Positions 35,225 to 47,119 of a stretch of DNA of 64,000 nucleotides are shown piece by piece. Origin of the DNA: Cyanobacteria bacterium P01_F01_bin.150. GTDB taxonomy: Bacteria; Cyanobacteriota; Cyanobacteriia; CAKZMO01. The stretch lies in the NCBI GenBank assembly GCA_039189765.1, contig JBCCYL010000011.1, forward strand, positions 4,874-68,873. The letters are read 5' to 3'. Numbering within the stretch: the first letter of the stretch is position 1; every line of letters begins with the position of its first letter. The notes beneath the pieces were generated by a model that searched no databases, was not told the origin of the DNA, and saw only the letters and a list, made by a program, of their open reading frames with translations. The translations under genes and the position numbers were made by a program.

Positions 35225-36106
35225 ATGGCTTCTTTTGCTGTGTTACCCCCTTGGATTGTCCTTGATCCACTTCTAGACCAATGGCTACGGGAAGATATCG
35301 GTCGGGGCGATCGCAGTGCCCAGAGTTTACTTGTGATTAATCCCGTTGACAGCACTCCTCAGCACATCGTTGATGCTAAGTGGATTGTAAAGCAAACAGG
35401 CATAATTGCTGGCTTACCAGTTGCGGCTCGAGTGTTTCAACGGCTGAATCCAAATGTCAAGTTTACGCCATTGGTAATGGATGGGGGCGAGTGTGAGGCT
35501 GGCACCACCATTGCTCGTCTTAAAGGACCGGTGGACGCCGTGCTGACAGGAGAACGAGTTGCCTTAAACCTGGCGATGAGGTTAAGTGGAATTTCTACCG
35601 CTACTCGTCAATATGTGGACGCGCTTGCAGACCTAGCTGCTCAGTTTGTTGATACTCGCAAAACTACACCTGGATTACGTTTGCTAGAAAAATATGCAAC
35701 GCAAGTTGGAGGTGCCAAGAATCATCGTCTGGGCTTGGATGATGCGATCATGCTAAAGGATAATCACTTGGCCATAGCTGGTGGAATTCAATCCGCCATT
35801 GAAAAAGTGCGTGATTGTGCTCCTTATCCTCTGACTATCGAAGTAGAAACTGAAACCCTAGCGCAGGTTCAAGAAGCTGCTGAACAGGGTGCAGACATCA
35901 TTATGTTGGACAATATGTCTCTTGAACAAATGAAAGAAGCGGTCTCAATTATTCGGTCGGTGAATGATCGCATCAGAGTCGAGGCTTCGGGCAATATAAC
36001 TTTGGACTCAATTTATACTATTGCTCAAACGGGTGTGGACTACATCTCTAGTAGTGCACCCATCACTCGCTCTTCATGGCTTGATTTGAGCATGAGAATT
36101 AGTTAA
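35225..36106 (+). CDS. nadC: Nicotinate-nucleotide diphosphorylase (carboxylating) / quinolinate phosphoribosyltransferase
   Basis: EDIGRGDRS, LTGERVALNL, DTRKTTPGLR, KNHR and IMLDNM. The ORF opens at 35141, and ATG 35225 fits the usual N-terminus. Confidence 0.88.
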   Translation: MASFAVLPPWIVLDPLLDQWLREDIGRGDRSAQSLLVINPVDSTPQHIVDAKWIVKQTGIIAGLPVAARVFQRLNPNVKFTPLVMDGGECEAGTTIARLKGPVDAVLTGERVALNLAMRLSGISTATRQYVDALADLAAQFVDTRKTTPGLRLLEKYATQVGGAKNHRLGLDDAIMLKDNHLAIAGGIQSAIEKVRDCAPYPLTIEVETETLAQVQEAAEQGADIIMLDNMSLEQMKEAVSIIRSVNDRIRVEASGNITLDSIYTIAQTGVDYISSSAPITRSSWLDLSMRIS

Positions 36107-36173
36107 GAACGTGCCTTAAGCTTTTCCAACTCACAACATAGACTGCCAACTCACCTATTGCTTCTAACACTTT

Positions 36174-36506
36174 TTAGGCCTCAAATATCTTTACCATCAA
36201 GACAAGGGCAAATATCCCTAATCCCGAGTAAACATAACCCAGACTCATTTGTACACGTTGTATGGACAAGCAGTTGCGTTTAGATTGGATAGAAAGAATT
36301 AGTCCCAGACTGGTAGTAGAGAGCGCAACAATCAGACCAATTTTAATAGTTGTAAACCAATAAGGGACATTGGGATGATTAAGCTCATTGCCATAAGCAG
36401 AGGCTACAAATGCTATGGCTGCAACAGTCAGGAACCATGAAATTAAAGAAACAAACCAATTAAAGTCAGTGAGGTCGGTCTTTCTCATAGATCTAATAAT
36501 TCCCAA
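36174..36506 (-). CDS. Hypothetical membrane protein
   Basis: 110-aa ORF with three predicted hydrophobic helices and no recognisable motif. Confidence 0.45.
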   Translation of the reverse strand: MGIIRSMRKTDLTDFNWFVSLISWFLTVAAIAFVASAYGNELNHPNVPYWFTTIKIGLIVALSTTSLGLILSIQSKRNCLSIQRVQMSLGYVYSGLGIFALVLMVKIFEA

Positions 36507-36591
36507 GCAGTAGTTCTTAAAGTACTAAAAAACACATTGAAGAAAATCGGTGTTCCCCTCAATGCGTCTCGAAACTGTTCAGGATATTTCT

Positions 36592-37119
36592 TTACGCAGA
36601 TAAACAATCAGTTAAGGGCTTCCAGGAAAAGACGCGATCGCCTCCCAACTCTACAATCACCTTGATGCGCGGCTCAATTGTAGGTAATTGAGCAAGAAAC
36701 TCTAATTCCTGTTTGGATAGAATTACTCCCTCTAACAACCAAATTACTAGGCCCTTTGAAGAATCAGGCAGTAGTTCAAGCTGCTGAAGAGCGAGAGGCG
36801 GCACAAAATAGCGATAACCCACTGCTCCTTCACGCTCAACATTTTTTTTCCCTAAATGGGGAGGTCGTATACCATGGGTATCTAATAAATAAGCGGAGAT
36901 ATCACCTAGACCGCGCGCTGTGATGTGCAACATCCCATAACCAGCAGCCCTTAGTCGCCTTTGATATCTTCCCTCGTAACCGCCTTCTAGAGGTGTGTAA
37001 ACTCCCAATGCACCGTTTTGCTCCAGCGCACGGGCAAAAGACTTACCAGTAATAACAAGTAATTTTAAACCTATTAAATCTACCACATCCGTAATAGATT
37101 CTTTTTTAAGAGTAAACAT
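36592..37119 (-). CDS. ndhN: NAD(P)H-quinone oxidoreductase (NDH-1) subunit N
   Basis: GKSFARALEQNGALGVYTPLEGGYEGRYQRRLRAAGY ... ARGLGD ... HGIRPPHLGK are typical of NdhN. The ORF extends to 37155, so the start is uncertain. Confidence 0.85.
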   Translation of the reverse strand: MFTLKKESITDVVDLIGLKLLVITGKSFARALEQNGALGVYTPLEGGYEGRYQRRLRAAGYGMLHITARGLGDISAYLLDTHGIRPPHLGKKNVEREGAVGYRYFVPPLALQQLELLPDSSKGLVIWLLEGVILSKQELEFLAQLPTIEPRIKVIVELGGDRVFSWKPLTDCLSA

Positions 37120-37854
37120 CTCTATAATCCGTTCCCAACAACAACTTATAAACAATACATAAACACTGATCAGCCTGGAATGTTACCATACTTTACATGT
37201 TTGCATTTTAAGGGCTAACGCCAGAATCAGCGAATTTAAAGTTCTCCCAGATGTAGATTACGCTTACCAAGGAACTATCTAGAAAAAATATGGACAAGTG
37301 CAGCTCTAAGAGCTAACATTGTAAATCGTGACTTTGATACCTCTTTATCAGTTACATGATAACTCCTTGCTTTCGCAAGCGGGAACTAAAGAGGCAGAAA
37401 ATCACAACGCTTCTAAATCTCTAAGCTTAGTGAGGCTGTATGCCCCATGAGCATCTAGATAATGACAATCGGTATAAGATTACATCTAGTGAGTTTGAGT
37501 GCCGCAAATGATACTTGGAGGATGCTCTGGATGGTCAGCTTCCAAAGTCATGGCACAATTTTTAGATAATCGTAGGGGCGAAAGGTTGGCATTTTAGGTT
37601 GGGCAGTGGGGCATTGTTCCGTGCTGATTCTTGCTGCATGTGGTCAAGCTTTATGGGGATCAGGGATCTTAGAGCATTTGAAAGCTCTATAGTCTCGGTG
37701 TTTTGTGCCTAATCCTGTTCTTACGATTCTCGCACCGCTTTCGAAAGGCGGAAATGTGCGATTTGGATCGGTGCGTCAATGTGGTCTTAACTCATTGTAT
37801 GTACTGCATTCTTTTTTAGTTAATGTCAGTCTTGAAATCACGAGGGGGATGCTT

Positions 37855-38487
37855 GTGTCAATAGGAATCTTGGGCACCAAGCTGGGTATGACGCAGATAT
37901 TTGATGATAAGGGGCGGTCGGTTCCTGTTACCGTTGTCCAAGCAGGACCGTGCACTGTGACTCAAATCAAAACAGAAGAGACAGATGGTTACACTTCTGT
38001 TCAGATTGGGTATGGAGAGGTAACTGAAAAAGCATTGACCAAAGCTCAGCTTGGGCATCTCCAGAAGTCGGGATCATCTCCCGTTCGTCATTTACGCGAA
38101 TACAGGACTAATGATGTTAGTGGCTATGAACTAGGGCAGAAAGTTACGGTTGAGAGCTTTGAGCCGGGCCAAGTAATAGACGTAGTCGGTCGTAGTATTG
38201 GGCGAGGATTTGCAGGGTATCAGAAGCGCCACAATTTTAAACGCGGTCCTATGAGTCATGGTTCTAAAAATCATCGGTTGCCAGGTTCTACGGGTGCAGG
38301 TACAACGCCAGGGCGGATTTATCCAGGGAAGCGGATGGCAGGTCAGATGGGTGATGTTCGCGTGACTGTTCGTAAGTTGAAGGTCGTGCAGATTGATGCC
38401 GAAAGAAATCTTTTGCTAGTGAAAGGTTCAGTGCCTGGAAAATCTGGTGCGTTCTTGGATATCCGACCAACAAAGACTTGGAACTAG
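37855..38487 (+). CDS. rplC: 50S ribosomal protein L3
   Basis: (V)[16 protein letters not shown]... A GTG at 37855 lies ~7 nt after a GAGGGGG RBS. An alternative ATG is at 37849. Confidence 0.95.
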   Translation: MSIGILGTKLGMTQIFDDKGRSVPVTVVQAGPCTVTQIKTEETDGYTSVQIGYGEVTEKALTKAQLGHLQKSGSSPVRHLREYRTNDVSGYELGQKVTVESFEPGQVIDVVGRSIGRGFAGYQKRHNFKRGPMSHGSKNHRLPGSTGAGTTPGRIYPGKRMAGQMGDVRVTVRKLKVVQIDAERNLLLVKGSVPGKSGAFLDIRPTKTWN

Positions 38488-38537
38488 TTTGAATCATTCG
38501 TTAAGCGTAGTTATTGGTTGAAGACGAGGAAACAGAT

Positions 38538-39170
38538 ATGTCCAGCTGTGTTGTTCGGAATTGGCAAGGAGAAGAAGTTGGGCAAGAGAGCTTGGAGCTT
38601 AAGCAGGCTAGTGAAAGCACTGCTGCCCATATTGTTCACCGTGCGCTAGTTAGACAAATGAATAATAGCCGTCAAGGTACGGCATCGACCAAGACTCGTG
38701 CCGAAGTGCGAGGCGGTGGACGCAAACCCTGGCGTCAGAAAGGAACCGGTAGAGCTAGAGCGGGTTCATCTCGCTCTCCCCTGTGGAAAGGTGGTGGTGT
38801 CATTTTTGGCCCAAAGCCGAGAAGTTATGCGGTCAAGATGAACAAGAAAGAGCGTCGGCTTGCTCTTTCTACTGCGTTTCAAAGCCGAATTGATGATCTA
38901 ATCATTGTTGAGGAATTCGCTGATAACATTCCTAGACCCAAGACTAAAGAGTTGCTATCTGCTCTCGGGCGCTGGGGTGTTGCATCTGAGGAAAAAGTTT
39001 TACTAATTACCAATGAAAAAGCAGAGAATGTTTATCTTTCTGCTCGCAACATTGAAAAGGTGAAGCTTATCTCATCCAGCAACCTGAATGTATTTGATAT
39101 TCTTCACGCTGACAAAATTGTTGTGACCAATTCAGCAATTAGCCATATCAAGGAGACCTTCAATGACTAA
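38538..39170 (+). CDS. rplD: 50S ribosomal protein L4
   Basis: [33 protein letters not shown]. Confidence 0.95.
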   Translation: MSSCVVRNWQGEEVGQESLELKQASESTAAHIVHRALVRQMNNSRQGTASTKTRAEVRGGGRKPWRQKGTGRARAGSSRSPLWKGGGVIFGPKPRSYAVKMNKKERRLALSTAFQSRIDDLIIVEEFADNIPRPKTKELLSALGRWGVASEEKVLLITNEKAENVYLSARNIEKVKLISSSNLNVFDILHADKIVVTNSAISHIKETFND

Positions 39171-39465
39171 ATTTGCATCCCGTGACTTGCCGGACCTATT
39201 GCGTCGCCCGTTGGTGACTGAGAAGGCAACAGTCCTGCTAGAAGAGAACAAATATGTTTTTGAAGTTGATCCGCGAGCTACTAAGACTCAAATAAGGGAT
39301 GCTGTTGAAGAGTTGTTTGATGTTAAGGTCATCAAAGTGAATACTCTCAATAATGCCCCAAAGAAGAAGCGTGTCGGCAAATTTGTAGGTTACAAAGCCC
39401 GATATAAGAAGGCTATTGTGACCTTGGCACCCGATGATTCTATTACTTTATTCCCTGATTTATAG
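39163..39465 (+). CDS. rplW: 50S ribosomal protein L23
   Basis: [25 protein letters not shown]. It overlaps the rplD stop. Confidence 0.95.
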   Translation: MTKFASRDLPDLLRRPLVTEKATVLLEENKYVFEVDPRATKTQIRDAVEELFDVKVIKVNTLNNAPKKKRVGKFVGYKARYKKAIVTLAPDDSITLFPDL

Positions 39466-39590
39466 GGACTCTAAAACTCTCATAGAAGGCGGTTTGAGAC
39501 TGCCTCTTTAGCTGAAGGGAGCTTTAATATTTGGCCCCGGATGCAAGACTCTTATTTTGACCTTAACTGATACAACTCGCTGTTTTAACT

Positions 39591-40454
39591 ATGGGTATTC
39601 GCTCGTACCGACCATATACACCAAGTACTCGGGAAAGGGTAGTTTCTGATTACTCAGAAATCACTCGCAGTAAGCCTGAAAAGTCCCTAACTCAGTACAA
39701 ACATCGCAAAAAGGGCCGCAATAACCGTGGCGTTATTACTTGTCGGCACCGTGGTGGTGGACATAAAAAGCTCTACAGGATCATTGACTTTAAACGAGAC
39801 AAGCGCGACATTTCGGCGACTGTTGAATCAATCGAGTACGATCCCAATCGGAGTTGTAGAATTTCTCTGGTTCAATACGAGGACGGAGAAAAACGCTACA
39901 TTTTGACTCCAGTGGGATTAGATGTGGGTACCAGCATCATTGCTGGTGCTGAAGTGCCTTTCGAAGTTGGCAATGCGATGCCATTGGGCAATATGCCTCT
40001 GGGTACTTCAGTTCACAACGTTGAGCTATTCCCTGGAAAAGGTGGACAGATTGTCAGGGCCGCAGGGACTTCAGCGCAATTGGTTGCTAAAGAGGGGAAT
40101 TTTGTGACTCTTAAGCTTCCATCTAGCGAAGTACGAATGGTTCGAAAAGAGTGTTACGCGACTATCGGCCAGGTTGGCAATGCTGAGAAGCGTAATACAA
40201 GTTTGGGTAAGGCCGGACGTAAGCGTTGGTTAGGTCGTCGTCCCCAGGTTCGTGGAAGTGTGATGAATCCATGTGATCACCCGCATGGTGGTGGAGAGGG
40301 TCGAGCACCCATTGGCCGTAGTGGACCTGTTACTCCTTGGGGGAAACCTGCATTGGGGAAGAAAACAAGGAAGAAAGGGAAAAGCAGTGATTCTTTGATT
40401 GTGAGACGTAGGCGTAAGTCGTCGAAGCGAGGTCGTGGAGGACGCAACGCATAG
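39591..40454 (+). CDS. rplB: 50S ribosomal protein L2
   Basis: [22 protein letters not shown] ... [13 protein letters not shown]. Confidence 0.97.
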   Translation: MGIRSYRPYTPSTRERVVSDYSEITRSKPEKSLTQYKHRKKGRNNRGVITCRHRGGGHKKLYRIIDFKRDKRDISATVESIEYDPNRSCRISLVQYEDGEKRYILTPVGLDVGTSIIAGAEVPFEVGNAMPLGNMPLGTSVHNVELFPGKGGQIVRAAGTSAQLVAKEGNFVTLKLPSSEVRMVRKECYATIGQVGNAEKRNTSLGKAGRKRWLGRRPQVRGSVMNPCDHPHGGGEGRAPIGRSGPVTPWGKPALGKKTRKKGKSSDSLIVRRRRKSSKRGRGGRNA

Positions 40455-40519
40455 TTTTTCAGCTCGATTTTTTCTTTTTTGTTCGAAGTATGCGGTGTTT
40501 TATCTAAGGGAGATAGTCT

Positions 40520-40798
40520 ATGGCTCGTTCGTTGAAGAAAGGTCCGTTTATTGCAGACCACTTACTCAGTAAGATTGAGGTTTTGAATGAGAAGCAAGAG
40601 AAGCAGGTGATTAAGACATGGTCTCGAGCTTCCACTATCCTGCCTCAAATGATTGGTCACACCATCGCTGTGCATAATGGTCGTCAGCATGTGCCTGTAT
40701 TCATTACAGAGCAAATGGTAGGTCATAAGCTGGGTGAATTTGCACCAACACGCACGTTTCGAGGACATGCGAAAAGCGATAAGAAAGCACGTCGTTAA
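40520..40798 (+). CDS. rpsS: 30S ribosomal protein S19
   Basis: [16 protein letters not shown] ... [23 protein letters not shown]. Confidence 0.97.
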   Translation: MARSLKKGPFIADHLLSKIEVLNEKQEKQVIKTWSRASTILPQMIGHTIAVHNGRQHVPVFITEQMVGHKLGEFAPTRTFRGHAKSDKKARR

Positions 40799-40866
40799 TC
40801 TTCTGACGACGAAATGTGTTTGCAGTGAATGTGAAAAGCTAGGCTAACAGGATTTAGGAGAGGTCG

Positions 40867-41229
40867 ATGGCTGTAGAAGCTGAAAACCAAGTTAAGGCGG
40901 TTGCCCGCTACATTAGAATGTCGCCGCACAAAGTGCGTCGGGTGCTCGATCAAATAAGAGGTCGTTCTTATCGTGAAGCATTAATTATTTTAGAGTTTAT
41001 GCCCTACCGTTCTTGTGAACCGGTTCTCAAGGTGTTACGATCTGCTGCTGCTAATGCAGAACACAATGAAGGATATGAGCGTTCTAGTTTGATTATTACG
41101 GAGGCACGTGCAGATCAAGGCCCGTCTCTACGCCGTTATCGACCGCGAGCGCAAGGACGGGCTTATATGATTCGCAAACCTACGTGCCATATTACTGTTG
41201 CTGTGGCCCCTGATTTTGATGAGGACTAG
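40867..41229 (+). CDS. rplV: 50S ribosomal protein L22
   Basis: [27 protein letters not shown]. Confidence 0.95.
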   Translation: MAVEAENQVKAVARYIRMSPHKVRRVLDQIRGRSYREALIILEFMPYRSCEPVLKVLRSAAANAEHNEGYERSSLIITEARADQGPSLRRYRPRAQGRAYMIRKPTCHITVAVAPDFDED

Positions 41230-41284
41230 CAGCGGAATGTTGTACATACTAATTTTTATTCTGTTTAAAGCATAAGGAGCAGTT

Positions 41285-42016
41285 GTGGGGCAGAAAATTC
41301 ATCCAATCGGGTTTCGCTTGGGCATTACTCAAGAACATCGCTCACAGTGGTTTGCCGATTTTAAGCGCTATCCTGATTTACTCCAAGAGGACTACATTAT
41401 TCGTGAGTATGTGACGAAGACTCTGAATAATGCAGGTATTTCGAAGGTTCGCATTGAACGAAAAGCTGACCAGATTGACTTAGAGATTTATACCGCGAGA
41501 CCTGGAGTGGTTGTCGGTCGTGGTGGTGCAGGTATTGAATCTCTGCGTACAGGATTACAAAAGTCACTAAAGGACAGCAGTCGTCAAATTCGTATCAATG
41601 TAGTTGAGGTTGCCAGGGTTGATGCCGATGCAGAGTTAATTGCTGAGTATGTTGTTCAACAGCTAGAGCGTCGTGTTTCGTTCCGTAGAGTTGTTAGACA
41701 AGCAATTCAAAGAGCGCAAAGGGCCGGGGTAGAAGGCATCAAAATCCAGGTTAGTGGTCGTCTGAATGGTGCTGAAATTGCTAGGACGGAATACACTCGC
41801 GAAGGGAAAGTTCCTCTCCATACGCTCAGAGCTGATATTGAGTATTCCTACAGAACTGCACAGACTATTTATGGAGTTCTTGGAATTAAGGTGTGGATAT
41901 TCAAGGGTGAGATTGTTCCTGGACAAGAGGATACAGCTGCTTCCAATGTTCAGCCTCGACGACGGCAGCAGCAGCGTCGTCGCCAACAATTTGAAGATCG
42001 TTCCAGCGATAACTAG
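41285..42016 (+). CDS. rpsC: 30S ribosomal protein S3
   Basis: [14 protein letters not shown] with a GTG start, a KH domain and a basic/Gln-rich tail. Confidence 0.96.
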   Translation: MGQKIHPIGFRLGITQEHRSQWFADFKRYPDLLQEDYIIREYVTKTLNNAGISKVRIERKADQIDLEIYTARPGVVVGRGGAGIESLRTGLQKSLKDSSRQIRINVVEVARVDADAELIAEYVVQQLERRVSFRRVVRQAIQRAQRAGVEGIKIQVSGRLNGAEIARTEYTREGKVPLHTLRADIEYSYRTAQTIYGVLGIKVWIFKGEIVPGQEDTAASNVQPRRRQQQRRRQQFEDRSSDN

Positions 42017-42075
42017 TTCGCTGGATTGGTCCTCATAGTCAAAATGAAACGCTACTGCCGTAAAGGTTGTCTATT

Positions 42076-42495
42076 ATGTTAAGTCCAAGAAGAACAAAAT
42101 TTAGAAAGCAGCAAAGGGGTCGAATGCGGGGCATGGCAACCCGTGGCAACACCATTAATTTTGGTGATTTTGCTTTGCAGGCATTGGAACCGTCCTGGAT
42201 TACGTCTCGCCAAATTGAGGCTAGTCGTCGTGCAATGACTCGATATGTCCGAAGAGGGGGCAAAATCTGGATTCGAATTTTTCCAGACAAGCCTGTAACG
42301 ATGCGAGCTGCTGAGACTCGGATGGGTTCAGGTAAAGGAAATCCTGAGTTTTGGGTTGCAGTTGTTAAGCCCGGTCGTATCCTCTTTGAAATGGAAGGTG
42401 TTGCAGAACCCGTAGCCCGTGAAGCAATGAGACTTGCGTCCCACAAGCTACCCATTAAAACTAAGTTTTTGGTTCGAGACACTAAGGAGGAATAA
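42076..42495 (+). CDS. rplP: 50S ribosomal protein L16
   Basis: [19 protein letters not shown]. Confidence 0.96.
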   Translation: MLSPRRTKFRKQQRGRMRGMATRGNTINFGDFALQALEPSWITSRQIEASRRAMTRYVRRGGKIWIRIFPDKPVTMRAAETRMGSGKGNPEFWVAVVKPGRILFEMEGVAEPVAREAMRLASHKLPIKTKFLVRDTKEE

Positions 42496-42497
42496 TC

Positions 42498-42767
42498 ATG
42501 GCACTTCCTAAAATTGAAGATGTTCGCTCCCTCAGCAATGACGAGCTGAAAGAGCAAATCATTGCTACAAAGAAGCAGTTATTTCAATTACGGTTTCAGA
42601 AAGCAACTCGTCAGTTAGAAAAGACGCATGAGTTTAAACACGAGCGGCATCGGCTTGCGCAACTTATGACTGTTGAGCGAGAACGAGCGATAGCTGCAGA
42701 ATCAAGTGATGATGCTCAAGGTTCTGTATCCAGTCAAGAAGTGGGGGAGAAGGCAGATGGCAACTAA
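42498..42767 (+). CDS. rpmC: 50S ribosomal protein L29 (with acidic/Ser-rich C-terminal extension)
   Basis: [45 protein letters not shown]. Confidence 0.93.
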   Translation: MALPKIEDVRSLSNDELKEQIIATKKQLFQLRFQKATRQLEKTHEFKHERHRLAQLMTVERERAIAAESSDDAQGSVSSQEVGEKADGN

Positions 42768-43002
42768 GGAGCGTGTCGGACTAGTTATCAGTGACAAGAT
42801 GAATAAGACGGTGGTGGTAGCTGTAGAAAATCGCTCTCCTCACTCTAAGTATAAGAAGATTGTAGTCCGGACGAAGCACTATAAAGTTCATGATGAAGAG
42901 AACACCTGCAAGGTGGGCGATCGCGTCCGCATTCAGGAAACGCGTCCTCTCAGTAAGACAAAGCGATGGAAAGTCATCGATATCATGAGTTCAGCAACAT
43001 AG
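42757..43002 (+). CDS. rpsQ: 30S ribosomal protein S17
   Basis: [29 protein letters not shown] 42757 overlaps the rpmC 3' end by 11 nt. Confidence 0.93.
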   Translation: MATKERVGLVISDKMNKTVVVAVENRSPHSKYKKIVVRTKHYKVHDEENTCKVGDRVRIQETRPLSKTKRWKVIDIMSSAT

Positions 43003-43086
43003 GATTTATCGGTTGACCAATAGTATTCTATGGCAGCCGCTTGATTATCACTTTAAAGGCAAGTTTAAGAGAGTGAGAGGATAGTC

Positions 43087-43452
43087 GTGATACAGCAGGA
43101 ATCATATCTAAATGTTGCGGATAATAGCGGAGCACGTAAATTAATGTGTATTCGCGTTTTGGGCGGTAACCGTCGTTATGCAGGTATTGGTGACGTAATT
43201 GTAGCTGTCGTTAAAGACGCTCTACCTAATATGGCCATCAAGAAATCTGACATTGTTCGAGCCGTCATTGTCCGAACCAAGAAAGGCTTGAGGCGAGAAA
43301 GTGGCATGAGCATTCGTTTTGATGATAACGCAGCTGTCATCATTTCAACTGATGGTAACCCGAGGGGAACACGAGTTTTTGGGCCAGTTGCTCGTGAGTT
43401 ACGGGATAAAAACTTTACGAAGATTGTATCTTTAGCACCGGAGGTTCTTTGA
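43087..43452 (+). CDS. rplN: 50S ribosomal protein L14
   Basis: [18 protein letters not shown], with a GTG start. Confidence 0.97.
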   Translation: MIQQESYLNVADNSGARKLMCIRVLGGNRRYAGIGDVIVAVVKDALPNMAIKKSDIVRAVIVRTKKGLRRESGMSIRFDDNAAVIISTDGNPRGTRVFGPVARELRDKNFTKIVSLAPEVL

Positions 43453-43805
43453 TGGCTAAAAAGAAGCAGACCAAAGCAAAGCAAGCATTTAAGATGCATG
43501 TCAAGCGTGGGGATACTGTACAAGTCATCTCTGGAAGTGAAAAGGGCAAAGTCGGCGAGATTGTTAGGGTTTTACCGAAGCAAAGTAAGGTCGTTGTTGA
43601 GGGAGTCAACGTTAAAACCAAGCATGTAAAACCCCAACAGGAGGGTGAATCAGGTCAGATCTCTACCTTTGATGCACCCATTCATAGCTCTAACGTCATG
43701 CTTTATTCGACGAAAGAGAAGGTTGCAAGTCGAGTTTGCTATACCTACGACGATGATGGTCGAAAAGTAAGAATGCTTAAGAAGACGGGTGAAGTAATTG
43801 ATTGA
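43452..43805 (+). CDS. rplX: 50S ribosomal protein L24
   Basis: [24 protein letters not shown]. The ATG overlaps the rplN TGA (TGATG). Confidence 0.94.
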   Translation: MAKKKQTKAKQAFKMHVKRGDTVQVISGSEKGKVGEIVRVLPKQSKVVVEGVNVKTKHVKPQQEGESGQISTFDAPIHSSNVMLYSTKEKVASRVCYTYDDDGRKVRMLKKTGEVID

Positions 43806-43884
43806 CTGAGTTTTATAGTCAGCTTGCAACTACTTTTTTCCCAATAGATTACTGTCCTGACCAAGACCAGGAAAATATAGGATT

Positions 43885-44436
43885 ATGGCAACAACACAAA
43901 GGCTTAAAACGCTCTACAGCGAAAAAATTGTTCCGAAGCTTACGGAGCAGTTCAATTATGAAAACCCACATCGAGTCCCTAAAGTCGTCAAGGTGACGGT
44001 TAATAGAGGGCTTGGAGAGGCGGCACAGAATGCCAAGGCACTAGAAGCGTCACTAGAAGAACTAGCTGTTATAACTGGCCAAAAGCCTGTTGTAACTCGG
44101 GCACGGAAAGCAATTGCAGGGTTTAAAATTCGGAAGGGTATGCCTGTCGGAATCATGGTGACTCTCCGTTCAGAGCGCATGTATGCCTTCTTAGATCGAT
44201 TAATTAATTTGGCACTGCCACGTATTCGTGATTTTAGAGGTGTGAGTCCTAATAGTTTTGATGGACGGGGAAATTACACCCTTGGAGTAAGAGAGCAGCT
44301 AATTTTTCCAGAAGTTAATTACGACAGTATTGATCAAATTAGAGGAATGGATATTTCGGTCATTACGACTGCTAATACTGATGAAGAAGGTCGTGCTCTC
44401 CTTCGGGAAATGGGTATGCCTTTTCGGGATAACTGA
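43885..44436 (+). CDS. rplE: 50S ribosomal protein L5
   Basis: [39 protein letters not shown]. Confidence 0.97.
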   Translation: MATTQRLKTLYSEKIVPKLTEQFNYENPHRVPKVVKVTVNRGLGEAAQNAKALEASLEELAVITGQKPVVTRARKAIAGFKIRKGMPVGIMVTLRSERMYAFLDRLINLALPRIRDFRGVSPNSFDGRGNYTLGVREQLIFPEVNYDSIDQIRGMDISVITTANTDEEGRALLREMGMPFRDN

Positions 44437-44459
44437 TGGAGTTTCATTGAGAGGAAGCT

Positions 44460-44861
44460 ATGGCGTCTAACGACACAATTGCAGATATGCTCACGCGGAT
44501 TCGAAACGCAAGTTTAGCTCGACATCAATTCGCTGAAGTACCATCAACAAAGATGACTAGAAGCATTGCAAAAGTCCTGAAGGAAGAGGGTTTTATCGAT
44601 GAATTCTCTGATAGTGGAGAAGGGATTAAACGCATATTGACTATTTCCCTGAAGTATCAGGGTAAAACTCGTCAGCCGATTATTCGGAAGCTGAGACGAA
44701 TTAGTAAGCCTGGGTTAAGGGTTTATTCGAATCGTCGTAATCTGCCAAAGGTTTTGGGAGGTATTGGCATTGCCATCATTTCCACATCGCGGGGGATTAT
44801 GACCGATAGAGAAGCGCGTCGTCAAGGTGTAGGTGGAGAAGTTCTCTGTTACGTTTGGTAG
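44460..44861 (+). CDS. rpsH: 30S ribosomal protein S8
   Basis: [13 protein letters not shown] ... GGEVLCYVW. Confidence 0.97.
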   Translation: MASNDTIADMLTRIRNASLARHQFAEVPSTKMTRSIAKVLKEEGFIDEFSDSGEGIKRILTISLKYQGKTRQPIIRKLRRISKPGLRVYSNRRNLPKVLGGIGIAIISTSRGIMTDREARRQGVGGEVLCYVW

Positions 44862-44946
44862 CCCCTGTGCTGAAAGGGTGTTGCTATAAATTTGAATCAG
44901 ACAGCGAAGTTGATTGTTTAGTTAGGCTTGTTGGGGAGACTATTCG

Positions 44947-45486
44947 ATGTCCCGCATTGGAAAAAAAACGATTCCCATCCCTCAGAAGGTGAATGTTGTT
45001 ATTGATGGTTCATCTGTTTCTGTTAAGGGACCCAAGGGAGAGCTATCTCGCACCATGCCACAAGGTGTAGATATTGCTGAGGATAATGGTTCAGTTGTGG
45101 TTACTCGCTCTAACGAATCTTTAACCTCTCGGCAGCGTCATGGACTCTGTCGTACCTTGATTGCCAACATGATTGATGGTGTTTCCAAAGGTTTTGAAAA
45201 GAGGCTAGAAATTCAAGGAGTTGGTTATCGAGCCCAGGTCAAGGGAAAAGATTTGATCTTAAACGTTGGTTATAGCAATCCTGTACAGATTGCGCCGCCC
45301 GAAGGCATTAAATTAGCGGTAGAGGCGAATACTAACGTTATTGTTAGTGGCATTGACAAAGAGATTGTTGGGAATGTTGCTGCTACTATTCGAGCTGTTC
45401 GGCCACCTGAACCTTACAAGGGGAAAGGTATCCGCTATGCGGGCGAAATGATTAGGCGTAAAGCTGGAAAAGCAGGGAAGAAGTAA
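44947..45486 (+). CDS. rplF: 50S ribosomal protein L6
   Basis: [17 protein letters not shown] ... [11 protein letters not shown]. Confidence 0.97.
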   Translation: MSRIGKKTIPIPQKVNVVIDGSSVSVKGPKGELSRTMPQGVDIAEDNGSVVVTRSNESLTSRQRHGLCRTLIANMIDGVSKGFEKRLEIQGVGYRAQVKGKDLILNVGYSNPVQIAPPEGIKLAVEANTNVIVSGIDKEIVGNVAATIRAVRPPEPYKGKGIRYAGEMIRRKAGKAGKK

Positions 45487-45489
45487 GTT

Positions 45490-45852
45490 ATGAAGCCAAG
45501 TCGTAAGTTATCTACTCAAAGAAGGCATGCACGCATCCGTCGCAAGGTCTTTGGCACGGCTGAGCGTCCTAGGCTGGCTGTATTTCGATCCAACAATCAT
45601 ATTTATGCCCAGCTTATTGATGATACCCAGCATCGAACCCTAGCGTCAGCATCGACATTGGATGCTGACCTCAAAGAGAAAATTGATCATGGTAGAAACT
45701 GTGAAGCCTCAGCTAAAGTTGGAACCTTACTTGCAGAGCGTTCTGTTGCTAAAGGTATTCAGTCTGTTGTTTTTGACAGAGGTGGAAAGCTATATCACGG
45801 TCGGGTTAAAGCGTTAGCGGAAGCTGCCCGTGAAGGTGGTTTACAGTTCTAA
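45490..45852 (+). CDS. rplR: 50S ribosomal protein L18
   Basis: [20 protein letters not shown] ... [27 protein letters not shown]. Confidence 0.97.
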   Translation: MKPSRKLSTQRRHARIRRKVFGTAERPRLAVFRSNNHIYAQLIDDTQHRTLASASTLDADLKEKIDHGRNCEASAKVGTLLAERSVAKGIQSVVFDRGGKLYHGRVKALAEAAREGGLQF

Positions 45853-45953
45853 CCTAGTTTTGAACTTAATGTATTAGTTCTTGTTTAATGTAGCCATGAG
45901 TTAGTTTCTAGACTGTAAGTACATTTCACTCATTGAAAAAGGATTGAGGGTTT

Positions 45954-46475
45954 ATGGCAAATCGGCGTAAAAACAACAAGGCGAAGGAAAAAGATAGCGA
46001 TTGGCAAGAACGGGTCGTACAAATTCGCCGGGTTACCAAGGTAGTGAAAGGTGGAAAAACGCTTAGCTTTCGCGCTGTTGTTGTGATTGGAAATGAGCGT
46101 GGCCAAGTGGGCGTAGGTGTTGGTAAGGCCAGCGATGTGATTGGAGCTGTTAAAAAGGGTGTAGCTGATGCCAAAAAGCATTTAGTTACAGTACCTCTTT
46201 CAAAAGCAAATTCTATTCCCCATCCTATCAATGGTGTGAGTGGAGGGGCAAAGGTTATGATGCGCCCTGCTGGTCCTGGAACAGGGGTAATTGCAGGGGG
46301 AGCTGTTCGGACAGTCTTGGAACTGGCAGGAGTTAAAAACATCCTTGCTAAGCAACTTGGCTCTGGGAATCAGCTTAATAACGCGAGAGCTGCAGCGATC
46401 GCCCTCGAGAATTTGCGAACATTTGAAGACGTTGCCAAGGAAAGAGGGATTGATTTAGAGCATCTATATGGATAA
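45954..46475 (+). CDS. rpsE: 30S ribosomal protein S5
   Basis: [28 protein letters not shown]. Confidence 0.97.
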   Translation: MANRRKNNKAKEKDSDWQERVVQIRRVTKVVKGGKTLSFRAVVVIGNERGQVGVGVGKASDVIGAVKKGVADAKKHLVTVPLSKANSIPHPINGVSGGAKVMMRPAGPGTGVIAGGAVRTVLELAGVKNILAKQLGSGNQLNNARAAAIALENLRTFEDVAKERGIDLEHLYG

Positions 46476-46526
46476 TCTTAGGCAAAGCCATATTTATGCA
46501 AATGATTTTTATTGAGGGTAACCATT

Positions 46527-46970
46527 ATGAGAATTAAAGATGCTTTACCTCAGAAGGGTTCTAAGAGAAAAGCTCGTAGAATTGGTCGAGGAATTGCAGC
46601 AGGGCAAGGTGCTAGTGGTGGGTTTGGCATGAGAGGGCAAAAGTCCCGCTCTGGTAGGGGAACACGTGCTGGTTTTGAAGGAGGACAGCTTCCTTTGTAC
46701 CGTCGTATTCCTAAGTTAAAGCACTTTACTTTAATTAATCCCACTCATTACACCGTGGTCAATGTTTCGAAACTTAGTGAACTCGAGCCTGGCAGTGAGG
46801 TGTCTATGGAAACCCTGTTGGCAGCAGGTATATTGACTGCGAATGACGGTCCTTTAAAAATATTGGGCAATGGTGACTTGAATGTTAGCCTCAACGTTAA
46901 GGCTGCTGCGTTTACGGCCTCTGCCAAAGGGAAGATTGAAGCTGCCGGTGGCACTTGTGAAATTACTTAG
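46527..46970 (+). CDS. rplO: 50S ribosomal protein L15
   Basis: [26 protein letters not shown]. Confidence 0.95.
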   Translation: MRIKDALPQKGSKRKARRIGRGIAAGQGASGGFGMRGQKSRSGRGTRAGFEGGQLPLYRRIPKLKHFTLINPTHYTVVNVSKLSELEPGSEVSMETLLAAGILTANDGPLKILGNGDLNVSLNVKAAAFTASAKGKIEAAGGTCEIT

Positions 46971-47119
46971 TACCTTATGATCCGATATCCTAAAGTATGC
47001 GGTTTTGGCCTCTTCTAGTCAGCTTGCACCAGATGATCCTTGGTACAAGAGTCGATTACTGAGCTAGATTGTCAATCATAACCTATGGATTCTCAAACAC
47101 GTTAAAGGTATATCATCAG

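Noticed and set aside
42039-42557. 172-aa minus-strand ORF opposite rplP, and similar long antisense ORFs opposite rpsE (45926-46342), rplN/rplX (43176-43621), rpsC (41663-41989) and rpoA (49968-50318)
   Set aside because: These are shadow ORFs antisense to highly conserved ribosomal and rpoA genes. Their translations are Arg/Ser/Pro-rich and low complexity.
43802-43996. 64-aa ORF between rplX and rplE
   Set aside because: It overlaps the rplE start in another frame and has no support.
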